A stretch of 64,000 nt of DNA from Patescibacteria group bacterium (GCA_049322575.1 JBMORQ010000027.1:87081-151080); one strand, 5' to 3'; shown: positions 11,090-20,813, numbered from the stretch's first letter. Notes: generated by a model from the sequence alone, not told the origin. Numbers and translations are program-made.

Positions 11090-12397
11090 CTACCTCCAAA
11101 ACGAAAACGGCCAATAAATTGAGTTAGCCAAGGACGCCGACACCACACCACCGGTCCAATGTGGCCAATACAATAAAAACGTACATATGAGACCAACAAT
11201 TAGCAAACTGATAACTTTTTTTGATAGAAACTGATTAATCACCAGCGAGGTCAACATCAGCAAAAAGAGATTTGCTGGTAGAAAATGGTAATAAAAAATA
11301 ATTCTTGGAGAAAAAAACCATGGGCACCAGTTGAAAAAAAACAAAACTGCCAAATAGCAATAAAAGACTTTCTCTTGACGGTTGAACTTCTCTGGAAAAA
11401 ATCGAGAAAATACTTGCCACTTTCGGTAGGTGATTATTCTTTTGAGCTGCCAGAAAACTACACCAATAGTTAACACGACTAACACAGGATTTCCAAGTAA
11501 ATAAATATTTTGCACACTGCCTGCATTTACTTCACCTCTCCAAAACCAAACTGGCCGTAAGTTAAACAGCCACTGCCAAGGTTGCGATTGATATGCATGT
11601 AAACCATCGCGGTTGAACTGATAATTAATGATTTGCCGATGTAATTCAAAGAAATGATCGAAGTTTTTCTGCTGTAAGAGCATCGGTGTGTATGACAAAA
11701 CGTAAATAAAAACTGGAACCAGCGTTAAAGAGAAAACTAAATAGGGAAAGGACTCTCCAATCGTTCGTTTTCTAAGCTCTCTTATTACTTCGATTAATAA
11801 AACAGCCAAAATCACTAAAAGAGCAGACCATTTAGTCGCTAGGGCCAAACCTAAGAAAATTCCCGTCGCTAAAATCCTTTTTCTTGAAAACTTAAAACCA
11901 GAAAAATAAATCATCAAACTGATCAATGAAAAAAACATCAGGAAAATATCGTTCATAGCAATCCGCGACTCAACCAAGCTCAAACCATCAACTGCCACCA
12001 AAAACGATGCCAATAAGCCCGACCATCTCCTTTTTGTGAGTTTTCCAACCAACAATCCAGTTAGTAATATCACTCCGCAACCGAAAAAAGCTGAAAAAAA
12101 CCTCCAGCCAAAGGGATTATTACCAAAAATTAAAATAGAAACTGCTTGAAAATATTTAGCGAGAGGAGGATGCAGCCAATCGTGATTGCTTGTTCCATAA
12201 ATCTCAGAGTGCCACCATTCAAAAGCCCGTTCATCCCCCTGAGAAATTAATAGTGCAGCAGGGACGTGGTAAACCTCGTCGAAATACATCTCGTTAGGAT
12301 GGCTAAGGCGATAAAACCTAGATAGAACCACAAAGATCGCCAACAAAAACACCAAAATAAAAAAAATCCGGTTCGATTTATTCATTTTGCACAACAC
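11090..12397 (-). CDS. Protein O-mannosyltransferase (PMT/GT39-like)
   Basis: YFDEVYH first loop, HPPLAK, FGWRF, ESRIAMND, ATKWS, HAYQSQPWQW, YYHFLP. Confidence 0.88.
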   Translation of the reverse strand: MLCKMNKSNRIFFILVFLLAIFVVLSRFYRLSHPNEMYFDEVYHVPAALLISQGDERAFEWWHSEIYGTSNHDWLHPPLAKYFQAVSILIFGNNPFGWRFFSAFFGCGVILLTGLLVGKLTKRRWSGLLASFLVAVDGLSLVESRIAMNDIFLMFFSLISLMIYFSGFKFSRKRILATGIFLGLALATKWSALLVILAVLLIEVIRELRKRTIGESFPYLVFSLTLVPVFIYVLSYTPMLLQQKNFDHFFELHRQIINYQFNRDGLHAYQSQPWQWLFNLRPVWFWRGEVNAGSVQNIYLLGNPVLVVLTIGVVFWQLKRIITYRKWQVFSRFFPEKFNRQEKVFYCYLAVLFFFNWCPWFFSPRIIFYYHFLPANLFLLMLTSLVINQFLSKKVISLLIVGLICTFLLYWPHWTGGVVSASLANSIYWPFSFWR

Positions 12398-13073
12398 TGC
12401 GTCTAATCAATTCGGCAAAATTTGTCGCATCCAAGGACGCACCTCCCACCAAAACCCCTCGGGAAACTAGCAAATATTGGTTGACATTGTCTGCATTGAC
12501 ACTACCACCATAGATAAAATCTACTTCACCACACACTGCATACAAACGATCTTTAAAAGAGGTAACTTCAGAAATCGATGCGTTGTCACCAGAACCTATT
12601 GCTGACAACGGTTCATAGGCAACTACACACTCAGGTAATAGCTCTTTTTTTATTGCTCTAGACTGGGTCATTAAATATGGCTCATCCAGGCACAAGACTG
12701 GCTTAATGTTGGCCAAACACGCCATCTCAACTTTATTTGCGATCAGATGATCCGTCTCGAGAAAATAGCGCCGCCTTTCAGAATGACCCAATATGGCATA
12801 TTCAACCCTTAGACCGTGTAAATTACCAGCAGCTACTTCTCCGGTATAAGAACCGGTGGGCATGGGACTGAGATCCTGAACAGCTAATTTAATCGGCAAG
12901 GCCAACTCATCAATCTTTTGCCTTGCTATACTGAGTAAATTGAAAGGGGGAGCCACAACTACCTCAACCTGATCGACATCAAAATTGGCTAAACGCGCAA
13001 ACTTCTCAAACCAAGCTGAAGTAGAAACCTCATCTTTATTAGCCTTCCAGTTTCCGATAATGAGTTTTTTCAT
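12378..13073 (-). CDS. tpiA: Triosephosphate isomerase (short form)
   Basis: GNWK, GHSERR, AYEPLSAIGSG, YGGSV, LVGGASL. Confidence 0.95.
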   Translation of the reverse strand: MKKLIIGNWKANKDEVSTSAWFEKFARLANFDVDQVEVVVAPPFNLLSIARQKIDELALPIKLAVQDLSPMPTGSYTGEVAAGNLHGLRVEYAILGHSERRRYFLETDHLIANKVEMACLANIKPVLCLDEPYLMTQSRAIKKELLPECVVAYEPLSAIGSGDNASISEVTSFKDRLYAVCGEVDFIYGGSVNADNVNQYLLVSRGVLVGGASLDATNFAELIRRSVVQNE

Positions 13074-13157
13074 AGGCCGACCGTCTTTGATTGACTGATA
13101 TCTTATCCTAACACGGAAACCGTGCTAGTATGAGGGGCTAAACGGAAAATAAGCCAA

Positions 13158-15089
13158 GTGCAAAACATACTAGAAAATCTCAACGATCAACAAAAGTTAG
13201 CCGTCACTCATAACTCTGGTCCGGCTGTGGTTTTAGCGGGAGCCGGTAGTGGCAAAACCAAGGTTCTAACTACCAGAGTTGCCTGGTTACTTGCAGAACA
13301 TAGTTGTTCACCTGAGAATATCCTTCTGGTTACTTTTACCAATAAAGCGGCCAAAGAAATGAATGACCGAGTTCTCAAGCTAACTGGACAGCAACTTAGC
13401 TTTTCCGGAACTTTCCACAGCCTCTCCGCAAGAATTTTGCGTCGCGAAGCACCGAGAGTTGGCTTGAGTCACAGTTTTTCTATCTATGATGCCAACGACC
13501 AATTAAGCTTGATCAAACAAATCTATAAACAATCTTCGTTTGATACCAAACGCTATAAACCTCAAGTTATCAAAAATATTATCTCCCAAGCGAAAAACGA
13601 AATGCTTAGCTGGCAAGAATATGAAAAACTTGCCTCAGATCACTTCCAGGAATTCACCGCTAAGGTCTATAAAATCTACGACCATCAGCTAAGGCTGCAA
13701 AACGCCGTTGATTTTGATGACCTATTACTACTAACTGTCCAAGTTTTAGAACGCAATAAAGACGTTTTGGAAAGATATCAAAGTCAGATTCATCACGTCC
13801 TGGTTGATGAGTATCAGGATACAAATAAAGCTCAATATCAGCTAACCAACCTACTGACAAAACCTCACGACAACTTATACGTGGTGGGCGATTTTTCTCA
13901 AAGCATCTACGCCTGGAGAGGAGCAGATTATCGCAATCTCTCCAACCTTAAAAATGACTTTCCAGATATGAGGGAGTATCGACTTGAGCAAAATTACCGC
14001 TCGACACAGACTATCCTCAGTGCTGCTAGCCAATTGATTGTTGGCAATACCACTCATCCTGTGTTGAATCTTTGGACAAACCAATCCAGCAACGATGACA
14101 AAATCACCGTCATTGAAGGAGAAGACGATCGCGATGAAGCCAATCAAGTGGCTGATCAAATTGAGTTGAATCACATCGGCTATCCCTATTCGGCTATGGC
14201 CATTCTGTATCGCACCAACGCTCAATCACGCGCTTTTGAAGAAGTCTTTGTCAGAAGAGGTATACCCTATCAAATAGTGGGTGGTACGAAATTCTACGAG
14301 AGAAAGGAAATCAAGGATCTTTTGGCATATCTAAGACTGGTAGTAAACCATCAAGATACAGTTAGTTTGGAAAGGGTGGAAAAGATCGGCAAACGCAAAC
14401 TTAACAGCTTCCTTACTTGGAAAGAGAAACAAAAAAACCTTGAGCAACAAACACCTTATCAAATTCTTGAAACAATTCTCAGTGTCACCAATTACAAAGA
14501 CATTTTTGACAAAAATGATCCCCAAGATGAGGCTCGGCTCGACAACATTGAAGAATTACTCAATGTAGCCCACCAATTTGATGACACAACAACTTTCCTA
14601 GAAAATGTAGCCCTAATTCAAGACGACCAAATGCTCGATGTAGAAAATGAGCGTCAGAACAATGGTGTGACTTTAATGAGTCTTCACTCAGCCAAAGGAT
14701 TGGAGTTCCCGGTGGTGTTTATCGTTGGTATGGAAGAGGGTTTGCTTCCCCACTCGCGCTCAATTTGGAACAAGGAAGAAACGGAAGAGGAGAGAAGGCT
14801 TTGTTACGTTGGCATCACTAGAGCCAAAGAAAAACTATATTTTTCTCATGCTCGTAAACGCTGGCAATATGGAAATGGTAACTACACCTCTCGTAGTCGT
14901 TTTATTAACGAAATATCAGATGATTTACTCTTGGATCCAAGCAATGGTAGTTGGTCCAAGTTGGGAGCGCGTTTTCCAACGAAAACAATCTCAATTTCTG
15001 CTAGCGGTCGTAGACTTGTCCCAGATGACGACACACTCGATGCTCTTCTCAATGATGAGCTTGATATCGAAACTTTTTTGCGGAGCTAA
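13158..15089 (+). CDS. pcrA: UvrD/PcrA superfamily 1 helicase
   Basis: AGAGSGKT, TFTNKAA, VDEYQD, LEQNYRS, HSAKGLEF, EERRLCYVGITRA. Confidence 0.93.
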   Translation: MQNILENLNDQQKLAVTHNSGPAVVLAGAGSGKTKVLTTRVAWLLAEHSCSPENILLVTFTNKAAKEMNDRVLKLTGQQLSFSGTFHSLSARILRREAPRVGLSHSFSIYDANDQLSLIKQIYKQSSFDTKRYKPQVIKNIISQAKNEMLSWQEYEKLASDHFQEFTAKVYKIYDHQLRLQNAVDFDDLLLLTVQVLERNKDVLERYQSQIHHVLVDEYQDTNKAQYQLTNLLTKPHDNLYVVGDFSQSIYAWRGADYRNLSNLKNDFPDMREYRLEQNYRSTQTILSAASQLIVGNTTHPVLNLWTNQSSNDDKITVIEGEDDRDEANQVADQIELNHIGYPYSAMAILYRTNAQSRAFEEVFVRRGIPYQIVGGTKFYERKEIKDLLAYLRLVVNHQDTVSLERVEKIGKRKLNSFLTWKEKQKNLEQQTPYQILETILSVTNYKDIFDKNDPQDEARLDNIEELLNVAHQFDDTTTFLENVALIQDDQMLDVENERQNNGVTLMSLHSAKGLEFPVVFIVGMEEGLLPHSRSIWNKEETEEERRLCYVGITRAKEKLYFSHARKRWQYGNGNYTSRSRFINEISDDLLLDPSNGSWSKLGARFPTKTISISASGRRLVPDDDTLDALLNDELDIETFLRS

Positions 15090-15091
15090 AT

Positions 15092-15168
15092 TAGACTTGT
15101 GGCGAAATAAAATTTCGTAGTACTTAAAAGCAGCTTTGTAATAAAAGCGCTATTTCGCTACAAGTCTA
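15092..15168 (+). mobile_element. MITE-like repeat copy C (77 bp, internally deleted)
   Basis: Near-perfect 18-bp TIRs TAGACTTGTGGCGAAATA / TATTTCGCTACAAGTCTA. Confidence 0.82.
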
Positions 15169-15265
15169 GTGTACAAAACCAGCTAGCACCTCCGTTTTCC
15201 ACTGCGAAAGCCTCTTTAGCAGAAAATCCAACATTAAAAAAACCTTAAACTCTCCTAACTGCACC

Positions 15266-15294
15266 TTGGCGTAAACAAAAGACAAGTCTAGAAT
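15266..15294 (+). promoter_or_regulatory. sigma70-like promoter for femX
   Basis: TTGGCG-17 nt-TAGAAT; the spacer ends in the MITE-end-like sequence ACAAGTCTA. Confidence 0.5.
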
Positions 15295-15322
15295 ATCAGA
15301 AAAGTAAAATTCCGAGTCCAAA

Positions 15323-16354
15323 ATGCTTATTAGATCAATCCGAGAAGACGAAAAGCATCTTCATAATCGAGTTGTGGGCCATCCACTACAAACTTGGGAA
15401 TGGGGTGATTTCCGCAAAACTACTGGAACTAAAGTCGAAAGAGTTGGCTGTTTCAAGGATGGCGTAATTCAGCACGCTCTACAAGTTACTTTCCATCGAT
15501 TACCAATCCTAGACAAAACAGTTGGCTACTTCCCCAAAGGTTTCCTGCCTAACGAGAATCAAATTGCTGCTCTCAAGCAATTGGCAGAAAAACATAATGC
15601 TTTGTTCATTAAACTTGAGCCAAACGTCCCAAGTCCGGTTGGGGAGAGCGCCGACAACCAGATTATTAAAAAATTCTTAGCAGAAAACGATTGCGTACCA
15701 GGCAGGCCACTCTTCACAAAGTATAGCTTTATACTCGACCTCACACCTGATGAAGAGACGCTTTTTAGCAATCTTCAGAGTAAAACTCGGTATAACATCA
15801 GACTTGCCTCCAAGAAAGGAGTGCAGATCTTTGAAAACTCTACTGCCGAAGGCATGGAGGAGTATGTCAAAATTCTTGAGGAAACTACTAAGCGTCAGGG
15901 TTTCTATGCTCATTCACCAGAATATTTCCGCAAAATGTGGCAAAGTCTTAGTCCAACCGGCATGATAAGGATATTTCAGGCGATTTATCAAGGAGAAATC
16001 CTGGCCTCTTGGATAATGTTTGTCCACAACCAGACTCTTTATTATCCCTACGGTGCTTCGAGAAGCATTCATCGTGAGGTTATGGCGAGTAACTTGATGA
16101 TGTGGGAGATGATTCGTTTTGGCAAGGCCATGGGTTGTACCAGTTTCGACATGTGGGGTTCATTGGGACCAGATCCAGATCCCAAAGATCCATGGTACGG
16201 TTTCCATCGTTTTAAGCAAGGATACAATGGTGTTTTGGTGGAATTTATTGGCTCCTACGATTTGGTAGTCAACCAACCACTTTACCAAATCTTTAGAATT
16301 GCTGAGAATCTTCGCTGGACAATTTTGAAGATTGCAGCAAGATTTAGAAAATAA
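15323..16354 (+). CDS. FemAB/FemX-family peptidoglycan peptidyltransferase
   Basis: LQTWEWGDFR, FIKLEP, KTRYNIRLA.KKGV, YYPYGAS, GFHRFKQGYNG. Confidence 0.92.
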   Translation: MLIRSIREDEKHLHNRVVGHPLQTWEWGDFRKTTGTKVERVGCFKDGVIQHALQVTFHRLPILDKTVGYFPKGFLPNENQIAALKQLAEKHNALFIKLEPNVPSPVGESADNQIIKKFLAENDCVPGRPLFTKYSFILDLTPDEETLFSNLQSKTRYNIRLASKKGVQIFENSTAEGMEEYVKILEETTKRQGFYAHSPEYFRKMWQSLSPTGMIRIFQAIYQGEILASWIMFVHNQTLYYPYGASRSIHREVMASNLMMWEMIRFGKAMGCTSFDMWGSLGPDPDPKDPWYGFHRFKQGYNGVLVEFIGSYDLVVNQPLYQIFRIAENLRWTILKIAARFRK

Positions 16355-16379
16355 AAGTTGCCTCAGGGCAACTTTTTTT
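16353..16379 (+). terminator. Intrinsic terminator after femX
   Basis: AAAAGTTGCC-tcag-GGCAACTTTTTTT. Confidence 0.85.
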
Positions 16380-16449
16380 GTATATCAAGTAAAAAAGTAG
16401 AAAAATGCCGAGGTGACTTTCACGTAGGCTTCGATATTGAAAGGAAAAA

Positions 16450-17190
16450 ATGCCCAATCGTCGTTACAAACGCATCATGTTGAAAGTCGGAGGCGAATCG
16501 CTCATAGGTGACCGAGAATACGGCATTGACCCATCAGCGGCTAAACAAGTAGCTGAAAAAATCAAAGCGATTTATATCAAAAACGTCCAAGTTGCCATTG
16601 TCATTGGCGGCGGTAACATTTTCCGAGGTCTCTCTGGTTCAGCTAATGGTATTGACCGAGCAACAGCCGATTACATGGGCATGCTTGCAACTGTTATGAA
16701 TGGCTTGGCCCTTCAAGACGCTCTTGAACAAATAAATGTACCTAGCCGTATTCAGTCGGCCCTGCAAATGCCAGCTGTTGCCGAGAGTTTTGTGCGTCGT
16801 CGTGCCATGCGACACATGGAAAAAGGACGCGTGGTAATTTTAGCAGCAGGCACAGGCGTACCATACGTCACAACCGACACCGGAGCAGCGTTGCATGCAC
16901 TCGAACTTCATTGCGATGTCCTGATGAAAGCAACCAAAGTTGATGGTATTTACGAAAAAGACCCAATGAAAGATCCAAAGGCTCGTAAGTTTAAAACCAT
17001 GAACTACAAACAAGCGATCGAGATGGAAGATGTCCAAGTTATGGACACGGCCGCTTTAGCCATGGCTCGAGATAACAACATGCCTTTACAAGTCTTCAAA
17101 CTTTTTGAGGGCGACAATCTCGAAAGAGCAGTTTCCGGTGAAGATGTTGGTACTTACGTCAGCAACGACGTTGAAACAGAACTGACCTAA
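16450..17190 (+). CDS. pyrH: UMP kinase
   Basis: MLKVGGE, GGGNIFRG, ADYMGMLAT, TTDT, KVDGIYEKDP. Confidence 0.97.
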   Translation: MPNRRYKRIMLKVGGESLIGDREYGIDPSAAKQVAEKIKAIYIKNVQVAIVIGGGNIFRGLSGSANGIDRATADYMGMLATVMNGLALQDALEQINVPSRIQSALQMPAVAESFVRRRAMRHMEKGRVVILAAGTGVPYVTTDTGAALHALELHCDVLMKATKVDGIYEKDPMKDPKARKFKTMNYKQAIEMEDVQVMDTAALAMARDNNMPLQVFKLFEGDNLERAVSGEDVGTYVSNDVETELT

Positions 17191-17254
17191 TTTACAACTG
17201 CATATTGTGCGGTCTAAGTCGAGTCGACTATACTGTTTTAGTCAAAATTTCGAC

Positions 17255-17294
17255 GTCAACTTAGTAGGGAATCCCTTGCTGAGTTGGCTTTGTT
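17255..17294 (+). terminator. Long hairpin plus U-rich tract between pyrH and gap
   Basis: GTCAACTTAGTAGGG...CCTTGCTGAGTTGGC then TTTGTT; G-U pairs favour the + strand. Confidence 0.55.
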
Positions 17295-17320
17295 GAGAAA
17301 GAATAAAAGAAAGCCTGCCT

Positions 17321-18877
17321 ATGAACACTCGAGTGAGATCAATGCTCATCAAATACGGCGTTCTGCCAACTGATGATCAAAAAAAAGCCGATCAAGTCGA
17401 TCAAGTCGATCAAGTCGAAAAATCTATTCCTGATGAACTTAGCTATTCTGAGCCCATGTCGGGCTCGCTGTCAGAACCACAACCAAATCAGTTAAACCCG
17501 ACCGCTGAGGATCGAGATCAACTTAGAGATCCTTTATCATCAAGTAATTCAACCGACAATGACGAGTCAGATCCTATAGACTCACTAAAAAGATATCTGG
17601 ATGAACTCCAAGCTCAAACCAGAGATTTGAACGATAAAAACAACAGCCAGGAGATAGCCCAAAAAGATCAAACAGACCCAGTTGGTGATAACGAGCAGCC
17701 AGAAGAAATCCTTGGCTATTCAACCTACCCCCGAGCGCTGGGGTATGACTATCCAAAAACCGAAACCGACACTGACTCAGCAGATAAAATGGTCACTAAC
17801 ACCACTGATCAGCGAGAAGAAGCCAACAACTCAACAACCAAAATTTTTGGCATCAACGGTTTTGGACGCATTGGACGCACTGCTTTACGTGCCTGGTGGC
17901 TGTTTTATCGAGATAAGTTTGAGCTAAAGCTTATTAATACCTCTGGTTCCATGAACTTAGCAGATTGGGTCCATCTAGTTAAGTATGACTCAAATTATGG
18001 ACCCTTCCAACAAGAGATCGAGATTTTCGAGCAACAAACAAAAGATGAAGTTTCGGACGAAAACCCTGTTTTAGGAACGATTAAACTCGATAATCACGAA
18101 ATTGTGGTTACTGCTCAGCGTGATCCAAAAAAAATCCCCTGGGGCAAATACCAAGTCGAAGTGGTCCTTGAATCCACTGGGGCCTTTACCTCTCGAGAAA
18201 AGGCCATGCAACATCTTGAGGGTGGTGCCGAAAAAGTCATCATCTCGGCTCCGTCAAAGGGAGAAGGCGTTAGCACTTCTGTTATTGGCGTCAACCAATT
18301 TGATCCAAGCAACCAGATTCTCTCCAATGCCTCCTGCACTACCAACTGTGTTGCACCAGTGACTCAAGTCATGGTTGAAAAATTTGGCGTTGAAAAAGCC
18401 ATGCTCTCGACCATTCATTCCTACACTGATGATCAGAACACCCAAGACAACTCACACAAAGATCTGCGACGAGCTCGAAGTGCAGCCGAGAATATTGTCC
18501 CTACCTCAACCGGTGCCGCTATCGCCACTACACAAATCATTCCTGAATTAGAGGGTGTCTTTGATGGTCTAGCAATGCGTGTTCCAACATCGACCGGATC
18601 ACTTTCTGATATGGTTTTTCTCACCAAAAGAGCCACAACCGTTGAGGAAGTCAATAAAGCCCTAATTGAGGCCTCAGAAAATCCTCGTTGGCAAGGAATT
18701 CTGGCTACCACCAACGACCCAATCGTCTCATCCGACATTATTGGCAGACGCGAATCGTCGATCGTTGATTTAGACCTAACAAGAGTCGTAGGTGGCAATT
18801 TAGTAAAAATTATCAGTTGGTACGATAACGAATGGGGATACTGCAACCGCTTGCTTGAACAAATCGCTAGAACTTAA
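17321..18877 (+). CDS. gap: Glyceraldehyde-3-phosphate dehydrogenase with ~170-aa N-terminal extension
   Basis: GINGFGRIGR, SNASCTTNC, DLRRAR, WYDNEWGY. Confidence 0.95.
   Translation: MNTRVRSMLIKYGVLPTDDQKKADQVDQVDQVEKSIPDELSYSEPMSGSLSEPQPNQLNPTAEDRDQLRDPLSSSNSTDNDESDPIDSLKRYLDELQAQTRDLNDKNNSQEIAQKDQTDPVGDNEQPEEILGYSTYPRALGYDYPKTETDTDSADKMVTNTTDQREEANNSTTKIFGINGFGRIGRTALRAWWLFYRDKFELKLINTSGSMNLADWVHLVKYDSNYGPFQQEIEIFEQQTKDEVSDENPVLGTIKLDNHEIVVTAQRDPKKIPWGKYQVEVVLESTGAFTSREKAMQHLEGGAEKVIISAPSKGEGVSTSVIGVNQFDPSNQILSNASCTTNCVAPVTQVMVEKFGVEKAMLSTIHSYTDDQNTQDNSHKDLRRARSAAENIVPTSTGAAIATTQIIPELEGVFDGLAMRVPTSTGSLSDMVFLTKRATTVEEVNKALIEASENPRWQGILATTNDPIVSSDIIGRRESSIVDLDLTRVVGGNLVKIISWYDNEWGYCNRLLEQIART
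17389..17418 (+). repeat. 9-bp tandem repeat (CGATCAAGT x3) encoding DQV repeats
   Basis: Read directly in the gap N-terminal extension. Confidence 0.85.
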
Positions 18878-18939
18878 CTTTAAGGACTTGAGTCAAAAAT
18901 AGTGGATCTGCCTCTTGTGTTGTAGGATATAATTGTCAA

Positions 18940-19914
18940 ATGACAAAAACCAAAAATGACAAAGCCAACGAAAAAGATAATCAATCGCTCATCGCCCCTA
19001 ACAGCAAAGTTAACATTACCATTGAGGCCAATTTAGCGGAAAAAACCTACCAAAAAATCCTCAACCGCTTGTCGAAACAGGTAAAAATTCCAGGATTCCG
19101 TAAAGGTATTGTCCCAGGTTCTCTGGCCGAACAAGCTATCGGTCCAGCTAAGATTCTTGAGGAATCATTACGTCAACTGCTCCCGTCAGCATATACCGAA
19201 GCCATTAATAAGGAAAAAAAATCACCCCTTTCTTCTCCAGAATTTCATCCCATCAGCTTGGAAAAAGGCAAAGATTGGGTCATCGAGGCGCAGTTTGCCG
19301 AGAAACCGGAATTTAAGCTAGGAAACTATAAAAAAACCTCTCAAGAAGCCAGGAAAGAGGCTGAAAAAGAAATCAAGAAGATCTTAGCTGAGGCCGAAAA
19401 GGCTGAACAAGAAAAGCTCAAAACAGCAAAGAAAGCCAAGGGAGAAAAACCACAGGGTGCCGATCATCACGATCACTCCCATAAACCAAGTGAGGAACAA
19501 CTCAAAGAAATCCGCCTACAACATATTTTCCGCGCCTTGGCCACTACAATCAAGCCGACAATTCCTGAACTGCTAATTAGAGAAGAAGTACAGCGTGAAT
19601 TCCAAAATCTTCAAGACAGCCTTAAGCGCTTTAACCTTGAACTTGACTCTTATCTAGAAAATCGCAAGATAACTCAGGAACAACTAGCGAATGAGCTAGC
19701 TGCACAAGCTCTCGGCCGACTACAACTAGATTTCATTTTAGGGGCAATCGCCCTGGAAGCAAAAGTTGAGGCTACTGATGAGGAGATTAATCAACATATC
19801 AGCAAAATTGCCGATGAAAAACTTAGAGAGTCGATGAAAAAAGACCAACACTACCGCAGTCACATCAGAGCAATGGTAATACGCGATAAAGTTGTTACGC
19901 ATCTGCTTGACTAA
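18940..19914 (+). CDS. tig: Trigger factor lacking the PPIase domain
   Basis: IPGFRKG ribosome-binding signature; C-terminal chaperone domain; only 324 aa. Confidence 0.88.
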   Translation: MTKTKNDKANEKDNQSLIAPNSKVNITIEANLAEKTYQKILNRLSKQVKIPGFRKGIVPGSLAEQAIGPAKILEESLRQLLPSAYTEAINKEKKSPLSSPEFHPISLEKGKDWVIEAQFAEKPEFKLGNYKKTSQEARKEAEKEIKKILAEAEKAEQEKLKTAKKAKGEKPQGADHHDHSHKPSEEQLKEIRLQHIFRALATTIKPTIPELLIREEVQREFQNLQDSLKRFNLELDSYLENRKITQEQLANELAAQALGRLQLDFILGAIALEAKVEATDEEINQHISKIADEKLRESMKKDQHYRSHIRAMVIRDKVVTHLLD

Positions 19915-19973
19915 AAATGCTATAATAGTCCTATAGTATAGGTAAAAACGTTTTTGCCTCTGCTTTTGTATCT

Positions 19974-20645
19974 ATGAACGGTTTAAACAGTCTCGGACCA
20001 GCTAAACCCAAACAAAATCATCAAAATACCGCCATCAACCCCTTTGCCCAAGCATTGGCAGAAACAGAGCGGCACTCTTCTGGTGGGGTCAATAATCAAA
20101 ACCGGAATCACGATCCACTCCAAGAGACCATGGCCCAAGCGGGTTCTTCCCTTGCCAACTTTAACCAGGCAAATCAGTTTGATAATTCTGAATTACTTGC
20201 CCAACAACAGAAAGAGATGGCAGACAAAGCCAAAAAGGAACAACTTCGCCGTAAACTCCACGAGCAAGTTAATCCAGTGGATCAAAAAGCTGTCTTTGAC
20301 GCCAGAGAAAAACAAGTTAAAGAAGAAATCGACAAAATCCGCCAAGAACTCAAGATGTTAGCTGTTGAAGTCTCAGAATTTCACCAAGAAATTGACTTAA
20401 GTTTAATGGCCCCTGTTTCTAATCCAGGTCAAGAAGGCAAGTACTACTTAAACTTTTTCCATCAGTTACGCGCCTTTATCATGCTTCTCCGCCAAAAAAT
20501 CCATAGCGCCCGCACCTGGGCCAAACAAATGAATCAAAAGAAAAAACGTAAAAAGGGTCCAGGAGCAATGTTTATGCCCGCCGAGACCAAAGCCGTCCAC
20601 GATAACATGCATCATGAACGTTCCAGCGCTCATAGCGGAAATTAG
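19974..20645 (+). CDS. DUF5660-like CPR coiled-coil protein
   Basis: PVSNPG..GKYYLNFF...RQKIHSARTW...ER C-terminal pattern; family recalled from memory, not searched. Confidence 0.6.
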   Translation: MNGLNSLGPAKPKQNHQNTAINPFAQALAETERHSSGGVNNQNRNHDPLQETMAQAGSSLANFNQANQFDNSELLAQQQKEMADKAKKEQLRRKLHEQVNPVDQKAVFDAREKQVKEEIDKIRQELKMLAVEVSEFHQEIDLSLMAPVSNPGQEGKYYLNFFHQLRAFIMLLRQKIHSARTWAKQMNQKKKRKKGPGAMFMPAETKAVHDNMHHERSSAHSGN

Positions 20646-20690
20646 ACTTGCTACAAAATTAAGTTTTGCGGTGAGATTTTGATTTTGCAA
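20643..20690 (+). mobile_element. Degenerate left half of MITE-like repeat
   Basis: TAGACTTGCTACAAAATTAAGTTTTGCGGTG resembles the left end; its TAG is the stop codon of the upstream gene. Confidence 0.5.
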
Positions 20691-20739
20691 CAGCAACTCA
20701 ACCAAGCTTTTGTTTTTTTGCCGTTAAGCCGTTTTTTTG

Positions 20740-20813
20740 TGAGCTCGAGGGGACTCGAACCTCTGACCTCTTCGATGTCAACGAAGCGCTCTAACCAACT
20801 GAGCTACGAGCTC
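20740..20813 (-). tRNA. tRNA-Val(GAC)
   Basis: Acceptor GAGCTCG/CGAGCTC, D-arm AGCTCAGTTGGTTAGAGC, anticodon arm CTTCG-TTGACAT-CGAAG, TTCGAGT T-loop; CCA not encoded. Confidence 0.96.
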
